A stretch of 64,000 nucleotides of DNA from Zetaproteobacteria bacterium. Lineage in GTDB: Bacteria > Pseudomonadota > Zetaproteobacteria > Mariprofundales > Mariprofundaceae. The stretch's first letter is position 1. Every line of letters starts with the position of its first letter. The stretch lies in NCBI GenBank assembly GCA_021545585.1, contig JAJRTF010000109.1:2524-66523 (forward strand). The letters are read 5' to 3'. Of this stretch, positions 38,164-46,730 are shown piece by piece. Made by a program: the position numbers and the translations under genes. Under the pieces are notes generated by a model, which was given only the letters and a program-made list of their open reading frames with translations, was not told the origin of the DNA and made no database searches.

Positions 38164-38823
38164 ATGAAAAAGACTTTTTTATTGCTGGCGGGGCTTTTGC
38201 TGGCCGGGTTACCGGCTTTTTCCGCTGCCCATGCTGAGGATACCGCGCTGCAACTGTCGCAGCGCTGGGATCAAATCAAATACAAGACCGCTGACAAGAA
38301 GGAGCGGGTTGCCGCTTATGAAAAGCTGATTGCCGATGCCAAGGCACTGGCAGCCAAAGAACCTGAGAATCCGGCACCGAAGGTCTGGGCCGGTATTACG
38401 CTCGCCACACTGGGCGGTGAAGTTGGCGCTATGGGTGGCGCTTTATCGAAGGTGAAGGAAGCTAAGGCTCTGCTCGAAGAGGCACTTGCCCTGCATCCCG
38501 GGCCGGAGCTTGAAACCTCGATTCATACCACGCTGGGCAGCCTGTACTATCAGGTGCCGGGCTGGCCGCTTGGCTATGGTGATGAAGACAAGGCGGTGGA
38601 GCATCTGAACAAGGCGCTTGAGCTGAGTCCCGACGGGCTGGATTCGCACTTCTGGATGGCTTCATACCTGTGGGATGAAACCCGAAAATACAAGCAGGCG
38701 GCCGAACATTTCAGAAAGACCCTCGCCGCACCGGCCCGCCCCGGACGTGAAATTGCTGATGCCGGACGCAAGGCAGAGGCAAAAGAGCTGCTGGCCAGGG
38801 TGGAAAAGAAAATCCGTCATTGA
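38164..38823 (+). CDS. secreted TPR-like helical-repeat protein
   Basis: It has a signal peptide (AFSAAHA/ED) and helical repeats with a TPR-like A/L/Y spacing. The ATG at 38164 lies 7 nt after AAGGAGG. It is the last gene of the operon. Confidence 0.55.
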   Translation: MKKTFLLLAGLLLAGLPAFSAAHAEDTALQLSQRWDQIKYKTADKKERVAAYEKLIADAKALAAKEPENPAPKVWAGITLATLGGEVGAMGGALSKVKEAKALLEEALALHPGPELETSIHTTLGSLYYQVPGWPLGYGDEDKAVEHLNKALELSPDGLDSHFWMASYLWDETRKYKQAAEHFRKTLAAPARPGREIADAGRKAEAKELLARVEKKIRH

Positions 38824-38919
38824 TTCATGCGTCGGGGCAGGCTGGTTTTGGCCATCCTGCCCCGATATTTTTTGATTGACCTCAAGGGGGCATTCGCTAA
38901 TCTTCGCCGCGCTCACTAG

Positions 38920-38996
38920 GTCCCCATCGTCTAGTCGGCCTAGGACACCGCCCTTTCACGGCGGCAACAGGGGTTCGAATCCCCTTGGGGACGCCA
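38920..38996 (+). tRNA. tRNA-Glu (anticodon UUC)
   Basis: The acceptor GTCCCCA pairs with TGGGGAC. The anticodon stem-loop is CCGCC-CTTTCAC-GGCGG and the T arm AGGGGTTCGAATCCCCT. CCA is encoded. Confidence 0.92.
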
Positions 38997-39004
38997 ACTG
39001 TCAA

Positions 39005-39042
39005 GGCTTCGGAAGGCTTTCTTCCGGAGCCTTTTTCCTTTT
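39005..39042 (+). terminator. intrinsic terminator after tRNA-Glu
   Basis: GGCTTCGGAAG-GCTTT-CTTCCGGAGCC (one mismatch) followed by TTTTTCCTTTT. Confidence 0.65.
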
Positions 39043-39222
39043 GATTTCATTGTGAGTCTGAAACGGAGACTTCTGGCGATTAAGCATTCTCTGCCTGCAT
39101 CAGAGCATTTGAGTGCATCTTGACAGGGGGAGGGAGGGTTGCCTGTTCCAGTATATAAAATTTACGCTCTGAAAAAAATCACTTCATTGAATTTTAATTT
39201 AATCGAGCCTAGCGTCGACCGC

Positions 39223-39648
39223 ATGTTGATACGCCGAATGAATCTTCGTGGTTTGTCCCGCCTGATGGCCGGGCTTTTTGCTGTGCAGATTATGGTAGCG
39301 GGCTTCTGCCTGTTGACGGCCGATGCACACGCTATATCGATGCATCAGATGATGCCGGAGCAGGCCGAGCAGCTGGCAGAGGATATGGCGGAGCATTGCA
39401 GTAAATCGCTTGCCGGTAGTGATCAGCATCATGCCGATTCCTGTTTCCATTGCGATGATCCGGATATGTTCGTTAAGGCAGCTCCTGTTGACCTGCCGGG
39501 TTTTGATCCGGTGCTGTCTTTTGTCGCAACATTGCCCGATATTTCTGTATCGATTGTTTCAACGCTGGCGCCCAGTGGCCTGATGCCGACCGGGCCGCCG
39601 CGCTCATCTTCACTCCTTTTTTCAACAACCCAACGCATCCGCGTTTGA
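39223..39648 (+). CDS. small exported Cys/His protein preceding the cus-type RND operon (positional analogue of CzcI/CusX-type proteins)
   Basis: It has an N-terminal TM/signal segment, a HCSKS...DQHHADSCFHCDDPD cluster and a C-terminal PTGPPRSSS motif. The family is not recognised with confidence. Confidence 0.45.
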   Translation: MLIRRMNLRGLSRLMAGLFAVQIMVAGFCLLTADAHAISMHQMMPEQAEQLAEDMAEHCSKSLAGSDQHHADSCFHCDDPDMFVKAAPVDLPGFDPVLSFVATLPDISVSIVSTLAPSGLMPTGPPRSSSLLFSTTQRIRV

Positions 39649-39740
39649 TACCCGTCTTCTGCTAATACTGCAGTTCGTATGAACTGTGGTGTGCGCGCCT
39701 TTGCGGTTGCGTACGAATCATACGCAGGAGGCACGTGCGC

Positions 39741-41120
39741 ATGCATGTTCCAGTAAAAGCCCAGTCACGGCTGGCAGTTTTAACATTTTCACTGATGCTG
39801 ATATCAGTGGCATGGAGCCCGCTCCCGGCCAGCGCTAAAGCTTCGCTATTGAGCCTGGCTGCAGCTGAACAGATAGCGATTGATCATAATCCGGCCTTGA
39901 TGGCGGCGGGCAGTCAGGCTGCGGCGATGGCGGCTGTGCCTTCGCAGGTGGGCACGCTTCCCGATCCGAAAGTGTCATTTAAGGCGCTGAATCTGCCGGT
40001 GGACTCTTTTTCGGCCACACAGGAAAACATGACTCAGTTGCAACTGGGCATTTCACAGGCCATTCCATTCCCCGGCAAACTCGGTCTGAAAGCCGAAGCC
40101 GCTGAACATATGGCTGCGGCTGCACTGGAGAACAGGCAGGAATTCCGGCTTGTACTGCTGCGCAATACCCGCATTCACTGGTGGAATCTGGCCTATCTGG
40201 ACAAGGCGCTGGAAATCATTCGCCGCAATCAGGACCTGTTGCGGAATCTGGTGAAGATTGCCGAAACGAAATACAAGACAGGCAAAGGCTTGCAGCAGGA
40301 TGTGCTGCTGGCGCAACTGGAACTGTCCAAACTGCTTGAGCGGGAACTGAATCTGGTTGCGGTACGTGCGAGCGAAGCAGCCAGGCTCAATGCGCTTTTG
40401 GGCCGTCCTGCCGCCACTGCGATTATATTGCCGCAACAAAATGCGCATGACCTGAAAGAATTGACCTATAAAAACAGCCATGACCTGGAAAGCATCCATG
40501 AGCAAACCGGGCTTCTTAAACAGTGGGCCCGGGCACATCGTCCGATGTTGCTGAGTATGGACTGGCGGATAAAAGCGAGCGATTCACGACTGGCGCTGGC
40601 AGAGAAGGATTACTATCCGGACTTCAATCTTGGTGCGGCCTACGGCTTCCGTTCGGGTGTGAATCCGGCCAATCAGCAACCGCGGGCGGATTTTGCTTCC
40701 ATTATGCTGAGCATGAGTGTGCCATTGTACGCGGGAAGCAAACAGGACAAGGCCGTGGATCAGCGCACGGCTGAAAAAGCTCAGGCTGAATTCCTGTGGG
40801 AAGATGCCGCCAATCAGGTGGATGCGGATATTGATGCTGCGGCATCAGATTTCAGGATTGCGCGCAACCAGCTCATTCTGTTCGAAAAAGGCATCCTGCC
40901 TCAGGCACGGCAGACAACAGCCTCCATGCTGGCCGGTTATCAGGTGAACAAGGTGGACTTTCTTAACCTGGTTCGCGCCCAACTCAATGAATTCAATACG
41001 GATATCCAATACTGGCTGCAGGTATCGAAGGCTCATCAGGCCGAAGCGCGCCTGGCAGCTGCCGCAGGTAAAGAAACGCTGGAACATGAAGCGAACAAGG
41101 AAGTTATCAATCATGAATAA
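39741..41120 (+). CDS. cusC: outer-membrane factor of a Cu/Ag-type RND pump (TolC family)
   Basis: 460 aa with a signal peptide and two OEP repeats (NP.L.....A........G.LPDP..). The ATG at 39741 lies 9 nt after AGGAGG. Confidence 0.8.
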   Translation: MHVPVKAQSRLAVLTFSLMLISVAWSPLPASAKASLLSLAAAEQIAIDHNPALMAAGSQAAAMAAVPSQVGTLPDPKVSFKALNLPVDSFSATQENMTQLQLGISQAIPFPGKLGLKAEAAEHMAAAALENRQEFRLVLLRNTRIHWWNLAYLDKALEIIRRNQDLLRNLVKIAETKYKTGKGLQQDVLLAQLELSKLLERELNLVAVRASEAARLNALLGRPAATAIILPQQNAHDLKELTYKNSHDLESIHEQTGLLKQWARAHRPMLLSMDWRIKASDSRLALAEKDYYPDFNLGAAYGFRSGVNPANQQPRADFASIMLSMSVPLYAGSKQDKAVDQRTAEKAQAEFLWEDAANQVDADIDAAASDFRIARNQLILFEKGILPQARQTTASMLAGYQVNKVDFLNLVRAQLNEFNTDIQYWLQVSKAHQAEARLAAAAGKETLEHEANKEVINHE

Positions 41121-42492
41121 CAAGAATATGATCATTTTAGTTGTTGCTTTGGGGCTGGGGCTGGCCGGTGGCTATGTGCTCTTTGGCTCGAAGGGTGGCG
41201 ATCAGACCGCCACATCTGCCAGAGGCGACGGTCCGTGCGCCAACGGCGCGCAGCCGCTGACATGGCGTAATCCGATGAATCCGTCGGTTACCAGCCCGAC
41301 GCCGGCGAAAGACCCGATGGGCATGGATTATGTGCCTGTCTGTGCGGAAGATGCAGCCGCAGGCGGCAATGCTCCTGCCGGTACGGTCACGATTGATCCA
41401 ACCGTTACGCAGGATATTGGTGTACGGGTGGCGAGAGCCGAGCAAAGGAATTTATCACGCGAGATCACCACGGTTGGGCGCATTACCTATGATGAAACGA
41501 AGCTGGTCACGCTGCATCCGAAAGTGGATGGCTGGGTGGATAAGCTTTTTGTCGATAAAACCGGCGAGAGCGTAAAGAAAGACACCATGTTGCTATCTTT
41601 TTATTCGCCGCAACTGGTGGCTTCCCAGGACGAGTATCTGCTGGCACTGGCCAATTGGGAGCAATTGAAAGACAGTCCCTATGTGGATATCCGCGATGGC
41701 GCCGGGCGGTTGCTGGAATCATCGCTGGATCGGTTGCGCTTTTTCGATGTGGCCGAACACCAGATCAGGAAACTGCAAAAAACGCACAAGGTACGTAAAA
41801 GCATGCATATCCATGCGCCGGCTGCCGGTGTGGTCACCAAGATCGGCGTGCGTGAAGGTGCGCATGTGTCACCCAGTTCCGAGCTTTACCAGATTGCTGA
41901 TCTGTCACGTGTCTGGGTGCTGGCGGACCTGTATGAATATGAGATTTCCTGGGTCAAAGTCGGGGATGAAGCCAGGCTGAATATCCAGTCGCTGCCCGGC
42001 CGCGATTTTACCGGCCATATCACCTATATTTATCCCTATCTGGATGCCAAGACGCGTACCAACAAGGTGCGCATCGAATTCGACAATGCCGAGGGCTTGC
42101 TCAAGCCGGATATGTTCGGTGATGTAACCATTGCTGCCTCAGTGAAAAAGCCCGGTGTATTCGTGCCCAGGGAGTCGGTGTTGATTACCGGCAAACGGGC
42201 GCATGTATTCGTTCAAACCAGACCCGGCCGTTTTGAGCCGCGCACGGTGAAAACCGGCGCCAGAAGTGATGGTCTTCTCGAGATTCTCGACGGTGTCAGG
42301 GCCGGCGAACTGGTGGTGTCCAGCGGACAGTTCCTGATTGATTCCGAATCCTCCATCCGTGAAGCGGCTGCCAAAATGGTGGCCCCCAAGCAACCTCAGC
42401 AGAGCTCCATGGATGGCATGGATATGGATGGCATGGATATGAAGGGGATGGATATGAAGGGGATGGATATGAAGGGGATGGGGCATGAGTAA
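41113..42492 (+). CDS. cusB: periplasmic adaptor (MFP) of a Cu/Ag-type RND pump with a Met-rich repeat tail
   Basis: It has an N-terminal anchor, an HlyD/CusB-like barrel-sandwich region (MHIHAPAAGVVTKIGVREG) and a C-terminal MDGMDMDGMDMKGMDMKGMDMKGMGHE tail. It overlaps cusC by 8 nt. Confidence 0.85.
   Translation: MNNKNMIILVVALGLGLAGGYVLFGSKGGDQTATSARGDGPCANGAQPLTWRNPMNPSVTSPTPAKDPMGMDYVPVCAEDAAAGGNAPAGTVTIDPTVTQDIGVRVARAEQRNLSREITTVGRITYDETKLVTLHPKVDGWVDKLFVDKTGESVKKDTMLLSFYSPQLVASQDEYLLALANWEQLKDSPYVDIRDGAGRLLESSLDRLRFFDVAEHQIRKLQKTHKVRKSMHIHAPAAGVVTKIGVREGAHVSPSSELYQIADLSRVWVLADLYEYEISWVKVGDEARLNIQSLPGRDFTGHITYIYPYLDAKTRTNKVRIEFDNAEGLLKPDMFGDVTIAASVKKPGVFVPRESVLITGKRAHVFVQTRPGRFEPRTVKTGARSDGLLEILDGVRAGELVVSSGQFLIDSESSIREAAAKMVAPKQPQQSSMDGMDMDGMDMKGMDMKGMDMKGMGHE
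42409..42483 (+). repeat. in-frame tandem repeat, (ATGGATATGAAGGGG)x3 preceded by ATGGATGGC-type units, encoding (MDG/MDMKG)n
   Basis: Read directly from the sequence. Three perfect 15-nt units lie at 42433-42477, with two related degenerate units upstream. Confidence 0.9.
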
Positions 42493-42522
42493 ATTTGCTG
42501 GTATTGCTTTCGGGGTACGCAC

Positions 42523-45500
42523 ATGATTGCAAAAATTATTGATGCGAGTCTGCGCAACAAGCTGCTGGTGCTTATCTTTACCGGCATACTGGTTGCAGCG
42601 GGAGCATTCGCAGTAAAAAATATTTCACTGGATGCCATTCCTGATTTGTCCGATGTGCAGGTGATTGTGTTCACTGATTATGCAGGTCAGGCGCCGCAGG
42701 TGGTTGAGGATCAGGTGACCTATCCGTTGACCACGGCCATGCTGGCTGTACCGCATTCCAAGGTAGTGCGCGGTTATTCGTTTTTCGGTTTTTCGGTGGT
42801 GTATATCATCTTTGAAGACGGTACGGATATGTACTGGGCGCGTTCGCGGGTGCTGGAATATCTGAACTATGTGGCCGGGCGCTTGCCTGCAGGTGTTACC
42901 CCGTCGCTGGGCCCGGATGCCACCGGTGTGGGCTGGGTATACGAATACGCACTGGTCGATAAATCGGGCAAGCATGATTTGTCCGAACTGCGTTCGATTC
43001 AGGACTGGTATATGCGCTATGCATTGCAAACGGTCAGCGGCGTATCCGAAGTTGCTTCAATGGGCGGCTTTATCAAACAGTATCAGGTTGAGGTTGATCC
43101 CAATGCCATGGCCGAATACGGCATCCCGCTGGCCAAGGTGAAGCATGCGATCAAGCGTTCGAATAACGATGTCGGCGGTCGCCTGATCGAGATGGGCGAA
43201 ACCGAGTTCATGGTGCGCGGCAAGGGCTATCTGAAAGGCATTGCCGATTTGGAGAGCATCCCTGTCGGTGTGGATCTGCACGGTACGCCGATTCTGTTGC
43301 GCGATGTGGCACATATCCATCTGGGGCCGGAGCTCAGGCGCGGGCTGGTCGAGCTGAATGGCGAGGGTGAAGTGGCTGGCGGCGTGATTATTATGCGCTT
43401 TGGCGAGAATGCATTAACCACCATTGAAGCGGTACGCGAAAAGCTGGAGGAGCTGAAAAAAGGTCTGCCGGATGGGGTGGAGATTATACCGACCTATGAT
43501 CGCGGCGATCTGATCGAGCGGGCAGTGGAAAACCTGAAAGACAAGCTGTTCGAGGAATTCATTGTCATTTCGCTGGTCTGCATGTTATTTTTGATGCATG
43601 CCCGTTCCGCCCTAGTGGCCATTGTGACCCTGCCGCTTGGTGTGCTGATCGCCTTTATGCTGATGCAGTGGCAGGGCCTGGCGGCCAATATCATGAGCCT
43701 CGGAGGTATCGCCATCACCCTTGGAGCCATGGTCGATGGTGCCATCGTGCTGATTGAGAATGCGCATAAGCATCTGGAACATGCATTGCACGACAAAGCA
43801 AAAAAACTCGGGCAGCAAATGGATGCGATCCAGTTGTCTGCCAAAGAGCGCTGGGCTGCTGTGGGACAGGCTTCACGCGAGGTCGGGCCGGCATTGTTCT
43901 TCTCGCTGCTGATTATCACCGTGTCGTATATGGCGATATTCACGCTCGAAGCGCAGGAAGGACGGCTGTTCAAGCCGCTGGCCTTTACCGCCACTTACGC
44001 GATGCTCGGCTCGGCTGTATTGGCGGTGACGCTGGTGCCGTTGCTGATGGGCTGGTTTATTCGCGGAAAGGTGATGCCGGAAGAGAAGAATCCGGTGAAT
44101 CGCGCCCTGCAATGGGCGCACGGACCGGCACTGGCCAATGCGCTGAAGCATAAATGGGTCACGTTGCTGATTGCCGTGGGCCTGCTGTTTTCCATGGCTA
44201 TTCCAATGTCGAAAATCGGTTCGGAATTTATGCCGCCGCTGGACGAAGGCGATATCCTGTATATGCCGACCACGTTCCCCGGCCTTTCGATTACCAAGGC
44301 CAAGGAACTGGTGCAGCAGACGGACCGGATCCTTAAAACCTTCCCCGAAGTGCGGTCGGTATTCGGCAAGGTGGGGCGCGCGGATTCGGCAACCGATGCA
44401 GCCCCTTTATCGATGATGGAAACGATTATTCGTCTGAAGCCTAAAGAGGAATGGCCGCAGCCGGATAAATCAACGCAGGAACTGATGCGGGAAATGGATG
44501 CGGCGATCAAGTTCCCGGGGCTTGCCAATGCCTGGACGTATCCGATCAAGACGCGCATCGACATGCTGTCAACCGGCATCAAGACGCCGATCGGCATCAA
44601 GGTATCCGGCCCGGATCTGAACGTGCTGCAGGAAGTCGGCAAATCGATTGAACAGGCGGTCAAGACTCTGTCGGAAACCACATCGGCATTCAGTGATCGC
44701 GCTGCCGGCGGTTATTATCTGGATATTGATATTCAGCGGGATCAGGCGGCGCGTTACGGCCTGACCGTGGGCGATATCGAAGATGTGATTCAATCGGCCA
44801 TTGGCGGCATGAATGTGACGCCAACCGTGGAAGGGCTGGAGCGTTATCCGGTGAACCTGCGCTATCCGCGCGATTATCGCAGCGATCCTGATGCATTGAA
44901 ACGGGTGCTGATTCCAACACCGACCGGTGCGCAGATTCCATTGATCGCCGTGGCCGAGATCAGCATCTCGCGCGGGCCACCGTCGATCAAGAGTGAAAAT
45001 GCACGCCTGAATGCCTGGATCTATGTCGATATCAGTTCCAGCGATATCGGCGGCTATGTTGCCCAGGCAAAACAGGTGATTCGTGATCAGGTGAAGATAC
45101 CGGCCGGTTATACGCTGGAGTGGTCGGGTCAGTTTGAATACATGGAGCGGGCAGCCGCGAAAATGCGCATTGTGATTCCGGCCACCCTGTTGCTGATCTT
45201 TTTACTGCTGTATTTCAATTTCGGCAGTCTGACTGCACCGGTCGTGGTGATGATGAGTGTGCCGTTTTCGCTGATCGGCGGTTTCTGGCTGGTCTGGTGG
45301 CTGGGCTTCAATCTGAGTGTGGCCGTGGCTGTCGGGTTTATTGCTCTGGCCGGTGTGGCCGCTGAAATCGGAGTGCTGGTGCTGACCTTCATTGATCAGG
45401 AAATCACGCTGCGTCGCAAGGCGATCGGTGATGGTTTTTCGGAAAAGGATCTGAGTGAAGCGGTGCAAAGCGGAGTGGCCAAACGTGTGCGTCCGATTGC

Positions 45501-45711
45501 AATGACGGCGACTGCCGTCATTGCGGGCCTGGTACCGATTATGCTAGGCGGCGGTACGGGCTCGGATGTCATGCAGCGCATCGCTGCACCAATGATCGGC
45601 GGCATGGTAACGACCACGTTGCTGTGTCTGATCGTGTTGCCGGTGATCTACGGCATGATTTTACAGCTTCAGGAAAAGCGAATAACAAACAGGAGAAAAG
45701 ATGATGAATAA
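42523..45711 (+). CDS. cusA: heavy-metal RND transporter, CusA/SilA type
   Basis: 1062 aa with 12 TM helices. GAMVDGAIVLIENAHKH and SEFMPPLDEGDILYMPT are characteristic of monovalent-cation HME-RND pumps. Confidence 0.9.
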   Translation: MIAKIIDASLRNKLLVLIFTGILVAAGAFAVKNISLDAIPDLSDVQVIVFTDYAGQAPQVVEDQVTYPLTTAMLAVPHSKVVRGYSFFGFSVVYIIFEDGTDMYWARSRVLEYLNYVAGRLPAGVTPSLGPDATGVGWVYEYALVDKSGKHDLSELRSIQDWYMRYALQTVSGVSEVASMGGFIKQYQVEVDPNAMAEYGIPLAKVKHAIKRSNNDVGGRLIEMGETEFMVRGKGYLKGIADLESIPVGVDLHGTPILLRDVAHIHLGPELRRGLVELNGEGEVAGGVIIMRFGENALTTIEAVREKLEELKKGLPDGVEIIPTYDRGDLIERAVENLKDKLFEEFIVISLVCMLFLMHARSALVAIVTLPLGVLIAFMLMQWQGLAANIMSLGGIAITLGAMVDGAIVLIENAHKHLEHALHDKAKKLGQQMDAIQLSAKERWAAVGQASREVGPALFFSLLIITVSYMAIFTLEAQEGRLFKPLAFTATYAMLGSAVLAVTLVPLLMGWFIRGKVMPEEKNPVNRALQWAHGPALANALKHKWVTLLIAVGLLFSMAIPMSKIGSEFMPPLDEGDILYMPTTFPGLSITKAKELVQQTDRILKTFPEVRSVFGKVGRADSATDAAPLSMMETIIRLKPKEEWPQPDKSTQELMREMDAAIKFPGLANAWTYPIKTRIDMLSTGIKTPIGIKVSGPDLNVLQEVGKSIEQAVKTLSETTSAFSDRAAGGYYLDIDIQRDQAARYGLTVGDIEDVIQSAIGGMNVTPTVEGLERYPVNLRYPRDYRSDPDALKRVLIPTPTGAQIPLIAVAEISISRGPPSIKSENARLNAWIYVDISSSDIGGYVAQAKQVIRDQVKIPAGYTLEWSGQFEYMERAAAKMRIVIPATLLLIFLLLYFNFGSLTAPVVVMMSVPFSLIGGFWLVWWLGFNLSVAVAVGFIALAGVAAEIGVLVLTFIDQEITLRRKAIGDGFSEKDLSEAVQSGVAKRVRPIAMTATAVIAGLVPIMLGGGTGSDVMQRIAAPMIGGMVTTTLLCLIVLPVIYGMILQLQEKRITNRRKDDE

Positions 45712-46195
45712 AATGGTTTTGCTATTAGCCGGGGCTCTGGCCTTTGGTACAAGCAAGATGGCTGTGGCGCATGGAGATATGCACGAGATGAATGCTCATG
45801 AGCACATGGACGACTCGATGCATGGGCAACATCAGGCAGGTGCGATGGCCGACATGAAGGGTTTTATGGTGAAGAAGGATATTGATGGATATACGGTCAG
45901 TTTCCATATCATGAAAGCCCCGGAAGGGCAGCCCCACGGAGGCACGCATCATTTGATGGTCAAGATTGAAAAAGACGGAAAACCTGTCGATATCATGGCG
46001 GCAAATTCAAAGTCGGCCCACCCCAACGGCCAGTCCGAATCAAAGATGATGATGAAAATGGGTAACTGGTATATGGCCAGCTATGATTTTGTCCATGCAG
46101 GACAGCATCAGGTGATGGTGTTGTTCAAGACGCAGGACGGAGCCAAGCATTTTGGTGGCATTAACTATCCCGAACAGGGCAAGGAGCAGGAATGA
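45701..46195 (+). CDS. periplasmic His/Met-rich protein of unknown family (paralog A)
   Basis: It has a signal peptide (MAVAHG). The mature N-terminus DMHEMNAHEHMDDSMHGQHQAGAMADM is His/Met-rich. The core is DGYTVSFHIM..PEG...HHLMVKIEKDGKPV...MGNWYMASY. It is coupled to cusA (11-nt overlap) and to the next gene (ATGA). Confidence 0.6.
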   Translation: MMNKMVLLLAGALAFGTSKMAVAHGDMHEMNAHEHMDDSMHGQHQAGAMADMKGFMVKKDIDGYTVSFHIMKAPEGQPHGGTHHLMVKIEKDGKPVDIMAANSKSAHPNGQSESKMMMKMGNWYMASYDFVHAGQHQVMVLFKTQDGAKHFGGINYPEQGKEQE

Positions 46196-46695
46196 TGATC
46201 AAACAGGCGAAGAAACTATTGTATATCGCTGTTGCCGGAGGAGCTGTTTTGGCGCTTGCCTCCTGTGACGGTAACCCGGCGGCTGGTACTGGCAACAGTG
46301 TGAAAGATGCCGTTGCCAGCGGTAAGGAAATCGTGATGTATAAATCCCCAACCTGCGAATGTTGTGGCAAGTGGGCCGAACATTTGCGTCAGGCCGGGTT
46401 CAGGGTGATTGAAAAGAAACGCGAGAATATGGATATCATCAAAGTAAAATATGGTGTGCCTGAGAAATTAGCCTCCTGTCATACGGCTATTGTCGATGGC
46501 TATGTCATCGAAGGACATGTGCCGGCTGCCGATGTGGAGCGGTTGTTAAAAGAACGGCTACAGGTGGCGGGCCTGACTGCTCCGGGGATGCCGATGAAGT
46601 CACCCGGAATGCAGGAAGTGGGGCAGAAACCGCAAGGTTATGATGTGCTGTCATTTGATAAAAACGGTACCTATCGGGTATTCAGTAAATATTAA
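46192..46695 (+). CDS. copG: DUF411 / CopG-family periplasmic copper-binding (lipo)protein
   Basis: Lipobox LASC, the CxCC motif (PTCECCGKW), CHTAIVDGYVIEGHVP, and a Met-rich GMPMKSPGM tail. Confidence 0.8.
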   Translation: MMIKQAKKLLYIAVAGGAVLALASCDGNPAAGTGNSVKDAVASGKEIVMYKSPTCECCGKWAEHLRQAGFRVIEKKRENMDIIKVKYGVPEKLASCHTAIVDGYVIEGHVPAADVERLLKERLQVAGLTAPGMPMKSPGMQEVGQKPQGYDVLSFDKNGTYRVFSKY

Positions 46696-46730
46696 GGCTG
46701 TGGCAGTAGTGCCTGGTAAAGGAGGCTGAA

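Noticed and set aside
39120-39159. A sigma-70-like promoter (TTGACA at 39120-39125 and TATATA/TATAAA at 39152-39159) lies ahead of the metal island. I also considered a MerR/CueR-type long-spacer promoter.
   Set aside because: The spacer is about 26 bp. That is far beyond the 17 bp of standard promoters and the 19-20 bp of MerR-type promoters. There is no dyad between the elements and no MerR-family gene nearby.
39196-39208. The 13-nt string TAATTTAATCGAG recurs at 47926-47938. I considered an att site or repeat boundary.
   Set aside because: Dozens of exact 13-mer coincidences are expected by chance within 64 kb. The flanking sequence does not extend the match, and the second copy lies inside a coding region.
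38997-39222. An integrase, transposase or direct repeat marking a mobile island at tRNA-Glu.
   Set aside because: No integrase-like or transposase-like ORF exists on either strand here or elsewhere in the window. I also found no copy of the tRNA-Glu 3' end within the window. The island hypothesis is kept only as a context-level inference.
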